Source: a virus
IMG/VR virus record: IMGVR_UViG_3300025655_000017
Length of the DNA: 64,000 nt
Reading direction: 5' to 3' (one strand)
The position numbers and the translations under genes were made by a program. Position 1 is the first letter of the stretch; the number at the start of each line of letters is the position of its first letter. The notes beneath the pieces were generated by a model, which was given only the letters and a program-made list of their open reading frames with translations, searched no databases and was not told the origin of the DNA. Shown here piece by piece: positions 10,096 through 19,710 of this stretch.

Positions 10096-10838
10096 TAGAC
10101 GTTATAGTACCAGTAAAAAACATTGTTAGTGCCAAAGATAAGGAATTACTTATAAAAGCATTTCAATCGTTAAACAGCCAAGTAAACCGAGATTTTACAG
10201 TCAACCTTTTTATTAATAATGCAGAAAGTGGCGTATTAACTGATTTGGTAACTTCTTTGAATAATCCTCCTTTAATTCATATTTATGATGAAGATTATTC
10301 ATATACTGAATTAATTAATTATGCATCTTCTATGTTAAAAAATGATTATTTTATCATTTTAGAGCAAGATGATGTTTTTCAATCAAAACACTTTCAAAAT
10401 TTTTATAAAAATTCACAGGAAAAATGTGCCATGTATCTAAACTTATCATTGGAACTATCTAATGGTAATGAAGTCATGGGGATTAGAAATGAAATTTTTT
10501 GGTCTGTAAACGTAAACAATCAAATAGGTAACGTTTCTCATGAAATTGCAAAAAGAAATGTTAATAACCTTTCATTAGATGGTGCATTTATAAACAGAGA
10601 AAAATTTATTGAATATAAGGGATATAGAGAAGATATTGAGATTTTCTTTAATCAGGAATTAATTTTAAGATTTGCATATAAGGGTGAAACTATATATGTA
10701 ATACCTAAAATGGGAGTTCATCACATGATGAATAGAGATGGTTCATATTTAGATGTTTGTTCACAAAAATATTCTAGAGATGATATAGGTGAATTTCATA
10801 CTAAAATGATGAAAATTCACATGTTAAATAAAAAGTAA
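10092..10838 (+). CDS. glycosyltransferase family 2
   Basis: IDVIVPV...SLNSQ N-terminus and YFIILEQDD DxD-like motif. Confidence 0.75.
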   Translation: MIDVIVPVKNIVSAKDKELLIKAFQSLNSQVNRDFTVNLFINNAESGVLTDLVTSLNNPPLIHIYDEDYSYTELINYASSMLKNDYFIILEQDDVFQSKHFQNFYKNSQEKCAMYLNLSLELSNGNEVMGIRNEIFWSVNVNNQIGNVSHEIAKRNVNNLSLDGAFINREKFIEYKGYREDIEIFFNQELILRFAYKGETIYVIPKMGVHHMMNRDGSYLDVCSQKYSRDDIGEFHTKMMKIHMLNKK

Positions 10839-11864
10839 ATGGACATTAAAAAAAAGAGGCGTTCAAAAATCAATAGGAATGAATATATAGATTTATTTCC
10901 TATTGATTTTGAAGACATAGTAGAGAAAGGAGATAAAAATTTATTAACAAAAATAGCTATATCAATATATGATTTTTACATAGAAAACATAATTGGTTTT
11001 ACCCCTACCAAAGAATCATTTACCAATCTATTTCTTTCATATACCCGCACTTACAGGAAAGAAGATGAAATAAATTATTATTATTTCATCAAATATGCAT
11101 TAGAGTTACATTATAAAATGCATAATCATAGGAGATATTTTTCAGAAAAAGAAGAACACGCATTTAGGGAATATATCTTTGCCAAAACTGAAAGAAGAAA
11201 AGAAATAATATATAACAAATTTTTATATTATCCGCTTACAAAATTAGTGGAAAATATAATTAATACTTATAAACTTCGATTGGAAAAAATGTCATATGAA
11301 GATCAACATGTAGCAACAATGGCATATGTCCATGAAAAAATAAATAAGTTTAAACCTACCTTAGAAAAAAAAGCATATTCATATTTTGGGACTATTATTA
11401 AACGTTATTTAATAAATGAACGAAAGAAAGAAGCAAAAACTATTAAATTAGAAGATTCTTTCGATGCTCTAAGATCACACTTAATAGATGATGTTCAATA
11501 TTCATATATTGAAAGATTAGAGGAAGAAAATATAAATAATGATTTTTTCAATGAGTTGTTAACAATAATGGAATATTATATTAATGATCCTTTAAAAGTA
11601 GATTTTTTATCTGATAAAGATATTACTGTTGGACAAGGGATATTGCAAATTATGAAAGATTGGGAAAATATATTTGATGGTGAAAATTCTATAACCATAA
11701 CTAATAGGTTTCAAAAAAAATATGTTTTTAATGTTTTAAGAAATTATACAGGAATGAGTACTCCTGAAATTTCCTGTTCTTTAAAAGTGTTTAAAGGTGC
11801 TTATAAAACATGGAAAGCTGATTATATTAATTCTATATATAACCCCTTTGACAATTTTAATTAA
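10839..11864 (+). CDS. late-transcription sigma factor (T4 gp55-like)
   Basis: KINKFKP...KAYSYFGTIIKRYLINERKKE resembles gp55/sigma region 2. Confidence 0.65.
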   Translation: MDIKKKRRSKINRNEYIDLFPIDFEDIVEKGDKNLLTKIAISIYDFYIENIIGFTPTKESFTNLFLSYTRTYRKEDEINYYYFIKYALELHYKMHNHRRYFSEKEEHAFREYIFAKTERRKEIIYNKFLYYPLTKLVENIINTYKLRLEKMSYEDQHVATMAYVHEKINKFKPTLEKKAYSYFGTIIKRYLINERKKEAKTIKLEDSFDALRSHLIDDVQYSYIERLEEENINNDFFNELLTIMEYYINDPLKVDFLSDKDITVGQGILQIMKDWENIFDGENSITITNRFQKKYVFNVLRNYTGMSTPEISCSLKVFKGAYKTWKADYINSIYNPFDNFN

Positions 11865-11866
11865 TT

Positions 11867-11875
11867 CTATTTATA
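11867..11875 (+). promoter_or_regulatory. putative phage late promoter CTATTTATA
   Basis: Same 9-mer lies 6-13 nt upstream of several structural-type genes on their coding strands; 13 nt before the baseplate ATG here. Confidence 0.6.
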
Positions 11876-11888
11876 AATAAATTATTAA

Positions 11889-13661
11889 ATGCAAAGTTTT
11901 AATGAAACTAGACTAGAGTTATTTGATTATATAAAAAGATTTTACCCAGACGTATATAATGATTTTAATGATATGTCTGTTGGTACAATGTTTATTGATT
12001 TAATATCATACCTAAATTCTAGATTGTCTAGTTCTTATTCTAGTCATTTACAAGAAAATAATGTTGATGAAGCCCAATTATATTCTTCATTAAGTAATAT
12101 AGCTAAAAAACACGGTATAAATGTATATGGTAAATCTGCCTCTACTACTTTATTAGAAATTAGTGTTAATTTACCTGTAAGGGGAGATGCCCCAGATTTA
12201 ACTTATGCTCCCATTATTGTAAGGGGTGCTCAGTTTACGGGTGGGGGGCAATTTTTTGAAACAATTTACGATGTAGATTTTAGCAATCCATTTTCTAAAA
12301 ATGGTTCTCCCAATAGAACTATAACTCCTATATATGTAAATAATGTTATTCAATATTATAAAGTTACTAAAACTGAAATAGTTGTCAATGGATTGAGTAA
12401 ATTTTACACTAAAGAAATAACTATTAATGAAAGTAAACCATTTTATGAATTAATATTACCTGATAGTGATATATTACAAGTTACTGATATAATTACAAAG
12501 CCGGGAAGAGGGCTTAACAGAACACCATCTTTAGAAGACCTATATGATGATAATTTAAGATGGTATAAAGTTGATAACTTAGCTCAACAACGAGTTTTTA
12601 CCTATAAAAACCAAGTAACTAGTGGAGGAGCAATCAGGTTTTTAGGTGATTGGAAAACAGTAACAAAAAGGTATGTTACTGAATATACTGATAAATTTTT
12701 CTTAAAAATAAAATTTGGAGGTGGTAAATTAGTAGAAACTCAAATTGAGGGTAAATACCAATCATTAATTAATGAAATGTTAGATCGTTCTAATGTTCAA
12801 TCTATGGGTTCAACATTAGAACCTAATCATACTTTATTTGTAAAATATAGAATTGGAGGTGGTAAAAAATCTAATGTTGGTGCAGGAACAATAAATAGTA
12901 TTGGTACTGCTAATATATTTATAAATGGAGCTTCTAATCAAATAAATACTTCTGTAAGGCAATCAATAACTGTAACTAATCCTATCCCAGCTTTTGGAGG
13001 TAATGATCAACCTTCCTTGGAAGATTTACGTAATTTGGTAAAAAGAGTAGGAAATCCATCGAATACATATATTACTACTGCTGATTATGAATCTTTATTA
13101 TTTACGATGGAACCAGAGTTTGGAAGACCTTATAAAATTAATAGTACAATTATTGATAATAAAAATATTATTAATATTTTAACATTAGATAGCAATAATA
13201 AATTATCACTATCTATTCCAACAATTTTATCACAAAATGTAAGTAATTTTTTAAAGGGGAAAAAAAATCCTTCGACTTATATAGAGATAAGACCAACTAA
13301 TGTAATAAATTATGGTTTAGATATTGTTTTATATATAGATAACAATATAAGCAGATTAGATATAGAAAATACAATCTATAATAAGATTATTACATGGAGT
13401 AATGTCGAAAATAAAAATATAGGCGAAAATATTAATATTACAGAAGTAGAATCTTTAATAGGTTCGACTACTGGTGTAATTTCATTACAATCATTACAGG
13501 TTAAATATAAAACAGGTTCAAATTATAGTTTAAGTGTACCTCAAATAGGAGTTGATTCTAATTTAAACATTAATGTTTTAAATAAAGTTTTATATGCTAA
13601 TTTTGATGAAATATATGAGATAAGAAACCCACAAACAGATATAAAAATTACTTTTGTATAA
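11889..13661 (+). CDS. baseplate wedge protein (T4 gp6 / baseplate J-like)
   Basis: YNDFNDMSVGTMFIDLISY, KIKFGGG, VKYRIGGG..SNV, AFGGND..SLEDLR, ITTADY. Confidence 0.85.
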   Translation: MQSFNETRLELFDYIKRFYPDVYNDFNDMSVGTMFIDLISYLNSRLSSSYSSHLQENNVDEAQLYSSLSNIAKKHGINVYGKSASTTLLEISVNLPVRGDAPDLTYAPIIVRGAQFTGGGQFFETIYDVDFSNPFSKNGSPNRTITPIYVNNVIQYYKVTKTEIVVNGLSKFYTKEITINESKPFYELILPDSDILQVTDIITKPGRGLNRTPSLEDLYDDNLRWYKVDNLAQQRVFTYKNQVTSGGAIRFLGDWKTVTKRYVTEYTDKFFLKIKFGGGKLVETQIEGKYQSLINEMLDRSNVQSMGSTLEPNHTLFVKYRIGGGKKSNVGAGTINSIGTANIFINGASNQINTSVRQSITVTNPIPAFGGNDQPSLEDLRNLVKRVGNPSNTYITTADYESLLFTMEPEFGRPYKINSTIIDNKNIINILTLDSNNKLSLSIPTILSQNVSNFLKGKKNPSTYIEIRPTNVINYGLDIVLYIDNNISRLDIENTIYNKIITWSNVENKNIGENINITEVESLIGSTTGVISLQSLQVKYKTGSNYSLSVPQIGVDSNLNINVLNKVLYANFDEIYEIRNPQTDIKITFV

Positions 13662-13822
13662 TGTGTTGCAATAAAGAAAATAAAAAAATTGAATTTATTC
13701 CATTTAGGCAAATTATGATTTTCATGGGGGCGATTTTGTGTATACCATTTTATCCTTTTATTATCACTTGGTTATTTTGGGGAACTAATATAAAAATAAA
13801 AAATGATAATTCAAGAAAATGA
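13661..13822 (+). CDS. small Cys-tipped membrane protein (53 aa)
   Basis: Hand translation MCCNKENKKIEFIPFRQIMIFMGAILCIPFYPFIITWLFWGTNIKIKNDNSRK; TAATG coupling; fills the gap in the operon. Confidence 0.6.
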   Translation: MCCNKENKKIEFIPFRQIMIFMGAILCIPFYPFIITWLFWGTNIKIKNDNSRK

Positions 13823-16196
13823 TAATAACGTAAAATCTAAAATTTTTCATTTATCCAATAATGTAAAACAGATAAGTGAACCATCTATAGACATAAATCA
13901 AGTAGATGAATATCCTCTTTCTACTAGCCAAAAAGGAATTATATCTGGTAAAGTTACATCTAATGGAGGTGTTGCAATACCTAATGCAAAAATATCAATT
14001 TTTTTATCAACCGAAGAAAATGAAGAACCCTATACTACTTTATATCCTTATCAAAACATTTTTGATAAAAATCAAGATGGTTTTAGATATAATTTATTAA
14101 ATAAAAAGAAGAACTTTGGCTCTAAAAAATGTTATAATCCAACTGGCTCATTTTTCACAAAATCTGAAATATTATCTGACCCTTTTATAAATTACATTCA
14201 TAGTAAATATTATAAGTTTACTGCTGTAACAAACAATAATGGAGATTATGTTATAACTGATTTACCCCTTGGATTAACACAAGTTCACGTAGATATAGAT
14301 ATTTCTGATATAGGATTTCTAAGTCAAAAACCTTATGATTTAATAGCAAGTGGTGCATCAGAAAATTTATTTGAAAGTTTAAGTGTTTTTAAAAAATCAC
14401 AAAATTTAGATACGCTCCCCCAAATTTTTTCATTTGACACAACAACAGATGTTTTACCAACTTGGAGTCAGGTAGAAGAAAAGGGGATTACCAGATTAGA
14501 TATAGATTTACCATTAAATATTGTTCCAACAGCATTTATAGTATTTGGTAATTTTACAGATTCTTTAAAGGGTGCAGTGGCAAAAAGTGGAAGAGCTAGA
14601 AGAAAAACGGGTCGTAATTGTGAATTAGAATCAAGGGGGGGGACAGTTACTATTTTAAGAAAAATTTCTGACGATTCAAATGAAGTAGAAATTTTAAATA
14701 GTCAGACATTTAAAATAGACAGTTTAGGTAATGCGGTGATTCCAGTGCCAATGAATCTTAATAAGATGGTTACTGATAACACAGGTAATTTAGTGCCTTC
14801 AAATGATCTTAAAAACGGTATTGCTACTACTGCTAAAATAAGACTTAAAGTAACATTAGATGATTATGACAATGTTAAAAAAAGAACAGCAAGTTATTTA
14901 GTTCCCAATTTATACAATGATTTTACATTTGATAATAATACACCTGAAAGAGATTTTTTTGAGGTAAAACGCAATAATATTTATACTGTTACTAACTATA
15001 TACCTAGAATCCAAAAAACTAAACAACAAACTAATGAAAACTACATAGGTATAAAAAGAATAGGTGAATGTGAGGATAATCTTTCTATGCCATTTAATAG
15101 GGTACAGAGCGAATTTAACATATTATATTCTATACTGTGTTTGATAATTAATACTTTTGTGCTTATAGCAGATATAATAGATACAATAGTAGAGTTAGTT
15201 CCGTTTACTGGCGAGGGGTTAACTTTTGAATGTGATGGTGTTACTTATGATGATGCTAAAGATTGGAGGGATGAATGCGTAATGCCTAAAATTGCTGATT
15301 TTTTTGGTGTTATAGAATATGAATTTTATAATGATTTTCTAACAGGTTCACTTTATCATTTTAAATGGAGATTTAAAGCTAAATATAAGTCTAATAAAGA
15401 TGCCATATTTTATAAATATAGTGCATATAATTGTAGGGATTATGTTAGTTCTAATGATCCATCCGCAATTAACAGGTGTAGAGAATTAAATGTAGTGGAT
15501 AGGAGAGATTATAATAACGGAGCAGATTATTTTATATCAGATGAAGCCACTAGAACTTTTAACAGAGGTTTAATTGTAGAATATAATAATGATTTTTTTT
15601 ATGCGGCCCGTAATGATGTAAACATAAATTCTCCTAGTACTCAACCTCTTAATTTAAATGCATCTGTTACCGAAAAAAACAAGTTACTATTTGGGACTGA
15701 TTTTATTAATTTAGGAATAACAGAACAGTGTGCCACAAATGAAGGATTTTTCATTCTAGATTTTTTAGAATCTACTACGTTTGAAGAAGAAGAAGGCAAT
15801 AATTTCCTATATAATATTGGCAATTTTAGCTCTTGTTTCAGACCTAACAATATAGAGGAATTATTAATATATAAAATATCACAATTTGGTACTGAGGTGA
15901 TAGGAGGAGAAGAAGATGATTTAGATGGTAATTATTATTTAGATCATCAGTTAGTAAGTCAGCGCAGAGAGTTATCTCAGGCATTTAATACATATGGTTT
16001 ATTTAACTATTTTATTGAAGCACCAGATTTAATTGTGTCTCCTAGTGTAGGTGATGATATTGTAATATTGACAAACTCCATAAATAACTTAGAAGGAAAT
16101 AGTATTATTCGAGCAGTTAGCCCTTATTTCCATTTTTTTGGATTGAAGAATAGTAAAACTTCATTAGATGTATTAAAAAATAATTTTTTATGTTAA
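13803..16196 (+). CDS. putative virion structural protein with carboxypeptidase-regulatory-like (prealbumin) domain
   Basis: GIISGKV..GGVAIPNAKISIF and TAVTNNNGDYVITDLPLG; located in the baseplate operon. Confidence 0.6.
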   Translation: MIIQENDNNVKSKIFHLSNNVKQISEPSIDINQVDEYPLSTSQKGIISGKVTSNGGVAIPNAKISIFLSTEENEEPYTTLYPYQNIFDKNQDGFRYNLLNKKKNFGSKKCYNPTGSFFTKSEILSDPFINYIHSKYYKFTAVTNNNGDYVITDLPLGLTQVHVDIDISDIGFLSQKPYDLIASGASENLFESLSVFKKSQNLDTLPQIFSFDTTTDVLPTWSQVEEKGITRLDIDLPLNIVPTAFIVFGNFTDSLKGAVAKSGRARRKTGRNCELESRGGTVTILRKISDDSNEVEILNSQTFKIDSLGNAVIPVPMNLNKMVTDNTGNLVPSNDLKNGIATTAKIRLKVTLDDYDNVKKRTASYLVPNLYNDFTFDNNTPERDFFEVKRNNIYTVTNYIPRIQKTKQQTNENYIGIKRIGECEDNLSMPFNRVQSEFNILYSILCLIINTFVLIADIIDTIVELVPFTGEGLTFECDGVTYDDAKDWRDECVMPKIADFFGVIEYEFYNDFLTGSLYHFKWRFKAKYKSNKDAIFYKYSAYNCRDYVSSNDPSAINRCRELNVVDRRDYNNGADYFISDEATRTFNRGLIVEYNNDFFYAARNDVNINSPSTQPLNLNASVTEKNKLLFGTDFINLGITEQCATNEGFFILDFLESTTFEEEEGNNFLYNIGNFSSCFRPNNIEELLIYKISQFGTEVIGGEEDDLDGNYYLDHQLVSQRRELSQAFNTYGLFNYFIEAPDLIVSPSVGDDIVILTNSINNLEGNSIIRAVSPYFHFFGLKNSKTSLDVLKNNFLC

Positions 16197-17587
16197 TAAA
16201 TACCTTTAACAATACCTCACTAGTTAACCTTAATTTTTCTATGAATCAATCCATAGAAAAGAATTATGATGTATATGAAAATTATTTATTAAATCTTAAT
16301 GATCTGGGTATTAGTGAAAGGGATAAATCTATTTCTTTTTTATTTAATATAGGCATAAAAAATATTGTTGACAATGTTTTATTTAACATTACTGGACAAA
16401 ATTCTTATGCAACCTTAATAGAATCAAGGGCTTATAGTGAAGCTGAAGAAGTTTTTCAATATTCTCTAGATGAAGTTTTAACAAGTGTTAAATTTTGGGG
16501 CTATCGTACTACTCTCAGTGAAAATATATGTGATGTCAATAGTTTTTTTCCATTAAAGGATCAGCTAAAATTAAATACTTCTAATTACCATATGGCATTG
16601 AGTTATGAAAAATCGTATAGTGATTTAAAAATTAATGGTGTTAATTTATCTGATGGATTGAAATTATTTTTAATAACAGGTGAAACATATAAATCTAAGG
16701 ATTTATATAAATGTGTAAGTGAAATTCCACATAATTTAGATGATACTTCACTTATAACACTATTTTCTAGTGGGGATACTATTGGTATTATATCAATTTA
16801 TGATGTGCAAGATAAGTACACATTTTACATATCTAAAGATTATATATTAAATAACGGCATTTCTTTTAAAAAAAATATTCTTGGGTTAGATGTAGAATAT
16901 TTTTTAGAGTCATGTATAGAAAATAAGGTTGTTAATTCACATCTAGAGTTACAGTATGATGACAATCTTTTATATGACAAGGGTACACACATAAAAGATT
17001 GTTTATTAAATGTCCCTAACTCTTTTTCAGAAGCAATTCTTTTTTTTAAGAAAAACAATAATATTAATCTTAATCAAATCCAGTATGGTCTTGATACTTA
17101 CATGGATGTTGATTTTTCAAATAAAAATAAAGTAAATAATTCAAATAGCTTTTCGTTGCAGATTAATAAAGATAATCCACTTAGGATAGTTGAATATGAT
17201 CAAAGAAGCCAAGTCTATTCTACTATTAGTGAAATATATCATATTTTCAATACTGTTAATAGAGAAGATAATGGGTTCTATGAAAGCTATTATTATAAGC
17301 CATATTATGTTATTCCACTGAGAACTCTTACCCCAGTAAAAGTTACTAGTGAAAATATAGATCGAAATGGATATTATGAAAATGGGCGTTTATTCTATAA
17401 AAATGTTAATAATAACCGCTTAAGTAATTTATATCCATTTTTAAATCAAAAACATATAGTAGAAGTTGATTATAGTTTTTACTTATATAGGCAGGATTTA
17501 TATAACATTTATGAAAAAGGTAATACTTATAATTTTATTCATGAGTTACCTGAAAATTATAACTTAGTAGAATCATTGACATGTTAA
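16190..17587 (+). CDS. hypothetical (putative structural) protein
   Basis: 465 aa ORF with overlapping start/stop in the baseplate operon. Confidence 0.6.
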   Translation: MLINTFNNTSLVNLNFSMNQSIEKNYDVYENYLLNLNDLGISERDKSISFLFNIGIKNIVDNVLFNITGQNSYATLIESRAYSEAEEVFQYSLDEVLTSVKFWGYRTTLSENICDVNSFFPLKDQLKLNTSNYHMALSYEKSYSDLKINGVNLSDGLKLFLITGETYKSKDLYKCVSEIPHNLDDTSLITLFSSGDTIGIISIYDVQDKYTFYISKDYILNNGISFKKNILGLDVEYFLESCIENKVVNSHLELQYDDNLLYDKGTHIKDCLLNVPNSFSEAILFFKKNNNINLNQIQYGLDTYMDVDFSNKNKVNNSNSFSLQINKDNPLRIVEYDQRSQVYSTISEIYHIFNTVNREDNGFYESYYYKPYYVIPLRTLTPVKVTSENIDRNGYYENGRLFYKNVNNNRLSNLYPFLNQKHIVEVDYSFYLYRQDLYNIYEKGNTYNFIHELPENYNLVESLTC

Positions 17588-18219
17588 ATATAAAAAACAA
17601 ATTTAGTTATAATATAGATGAAAGGCTTTATCGAAGTTTTTTATCTAAAAGTGTTGATAGTAATATTATAATTGATAACGATATTATTTATTCTACCTAT
17701 GTGTTTTTACATGATGAAATAATATATCAGTTAAAAAATGGGGTAGCAGATTTAAGCTACGGGGATTTAGGTTTTATCAAAGAAGATATAGATAAAAGAT
17801 TAAATGGATTTATTAAATCTTATTTTTACATTAGATATAAAACCGAAAAAAATAATATAAACTCTGAGATTTTAAATGATGTTAAAATTCCCATACAATA
17901 TTCATCTGATTTTTTCATAGATAATGTATTAAAAGATGTGTTTGATATAAAGGTTCTTTTTCAAACTAGTAACATTAATAAAAAAGGGCATGTAGTAAGA
18001 TTGCCGAGAAATACCTATGATGTTTTATATTGTGATTTTATGTTTTTTAATGCTAAAAACGGTAGTTTAATAACATTAAATCAGGATATTATGTTTTCAA
18101 GAGAAGAAAAAGACGTAAAGATTTTCCTTTCAGATTTATTAACATTAAATTATGAAAATTCCTTTATAACAACCACAATAGGAAATAATAGATATATAAA
18201 TTTGTATGCAAATATATAA
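17581..18219 (+). CDS. hypothetical (putative structural) protein
   Basis: Coupled ORF in the operon. Confidence 0.6.
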   Translation: MLNIKNKFSYNIDERLYRSFLSKSVDSNIIIDNDIIYSTYVFLHDEIIYQLKNGVADLSYGDLGFIKEDIDKRLNGFIKSYFYIRYKTEKNNINSEILNDVKIPIQYSSDFFIDNVLKDVFDIKVLFQTSNINKKGHVVRLPRNTYDVLYCDFMFFNAKNGSLITLNQDIMFSREEKDVKIFLSDLLTLNYENSFITTTIGNNRYINLYANI

Positions 18220-18838
18220 TATAAAAAGTATAATTAACAAACAAACATTTGTTAATCCAATATCTGTAACATTAAACTCTGCTGATTGTATCAATATATC
18301 AGAAACCAGTTATGTTAATTTAATTAGTACATCTTATAATGATATAACACTTTTTTTTAATTTAAACAACAATTTAAACCATATAAATTATTATTCAGAG
18401 ATATTTACTAGAAATGTTAGTAAAACACATGAAATAATAAAAATAAATGTAATAGGCGAAATGGTTAATATCCCTATTTATAACAAGGCATATAATAGGT
18501 ATTTAAATATAAATTTAAGTAGTGAAATAGGTAAATTTACTGGTGTTATTTCAAATGATGATCAATACTTAATTTATATTGTTAATGCAGATATTGGAAA
18601 CTTAAATTCAGGAATAAAATACAGAATTGATAAAAATGCTAAAACAACAACTATTATTTTTGATAGATATTATTTTAGTGACTTAACAAGATTTTTACTT
18701 ATGAGAGATATTAGTATACGTGTTAGTTTTATAGATAAAAAACAACTTTATATTTATAGGGGTGATGACGTTGATATAAATAATAACTTTCATCTTTTAT
18801 ATACTAGTCAAAATACAGAAGAACTATGGGAGCAATAA
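18206..18838 (+). CDS. hypothetical (putative structural) protein
   Basis: Coupled ORF in the operon. Confidence 0.6.
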   Translation: MQIYNIKSIINKQTFVNPISVTLNSADCINISETSYVNLISTSYNDITLFFNLNNNLNHINYYSEIFTRNVSKTHEIIKINVIGEMVNIPIYNKAYNRYLNINLSSEIGKFTGVISNDDQYLIYIVNADIGNLNSGIKYRIDKNAKTTTIIFDRYYFSDLTRFLLMRDISIRVSFIDKKQLYIYRGDDVDINNNFHLLYTSQNTEELWEQ

Positions 18839-19710
18839 ATTATGGAAGTGTTATACCTGCTAATGTAAACATACAGGATATAGAATTATGGTATACCAAA
18901 CAAAGCAGAAATGGTATAATAACTGATCCCATAAAATTAGATGCTACTACATATATTAATAAAACATATATTCCTAATAGTTTGGGAAGGTCTATTAGTG
19001 GATTATATAAATTAAATATACCATCTAGTTTTTACCTTAATCAAGGTAATGGAACATATAGTTTTTACGTAATTCCAAGAAGTTTCGAGCTAACAATAAG
19101 TGACGTTAGTTTTTTAGATGGAACAAACATCAAGGGTCTGGTAATTAATACAAGCAACTTAGATTCATATATAAAAAACAAGCTTTTAAATGTAAATAAT
19201 GTTTCAGGTTATTTAATTCGTTATATTAATGACGAAAATGAAGAGGATAGTATTGTCAGTTCTCTTGAGCGTATAGTCTCTTACAATTATAGAGTTGAGG
19301 CTATTACTGCATCTTTAAACTCTAACATTAATCAATACGGGCTTAGATATAGAATTAATAATACATCTGATAACGTGTTATTAGTAGTCAATCCAACAGT
19401 AAGTGGAATCAATAGTTTTGCAGATGAGTTATTTATAGGTATAACTGGGCAAAAAATAGTTTTATCAAATACATATTTTGAACCTCAGTTAATAACAGTT
19501 GATTTTACAGATGTTGACTTACAAACTTTATTTGATGGGATATATGGTAATCAGACATTCAATTATGAAAAAGGGCTGCGTACTTTTTATGATGACAATG
19601 GTGCTATTATTCACCAAAGAATAGAAAGCACTGTAAAAAATAATGTAGGTGATGATATAAGAAAATTTGCAAAAAATACAGATGCAATAGATACTAGTGA
19701 AAGCATATAA
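18826..19710 (+). CDS. hypothetical (putative structural) protein
   Basis: Coupled ORF in the operon. Confidence 0.6.
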   Translation: MGAINYGSVIPANVNIQDIELWYTKQSRNGIITDPIKLDATTYINKTYIPNSLGRSISGLYKLNIPSSFYLNQGNGTYSFYVIPRSFELTISDVSFLDGTNIKGLVINTSNLDSYIKNKLLNVNNVSGYLIRYINDENEEDSIVSSLERIVSYNYRVEAITASLNSNINQYGLRYRINNTSDNVLLVVNPTVSGINSFADELFIGITGQKIVLSNTYFEPQLITVDFTDVDLQTLFDGIYGNQTFNYEKGLRTFYDDNGAIIHQRIESTVKNNVGDDIRKFAKNTDAIDTSESI

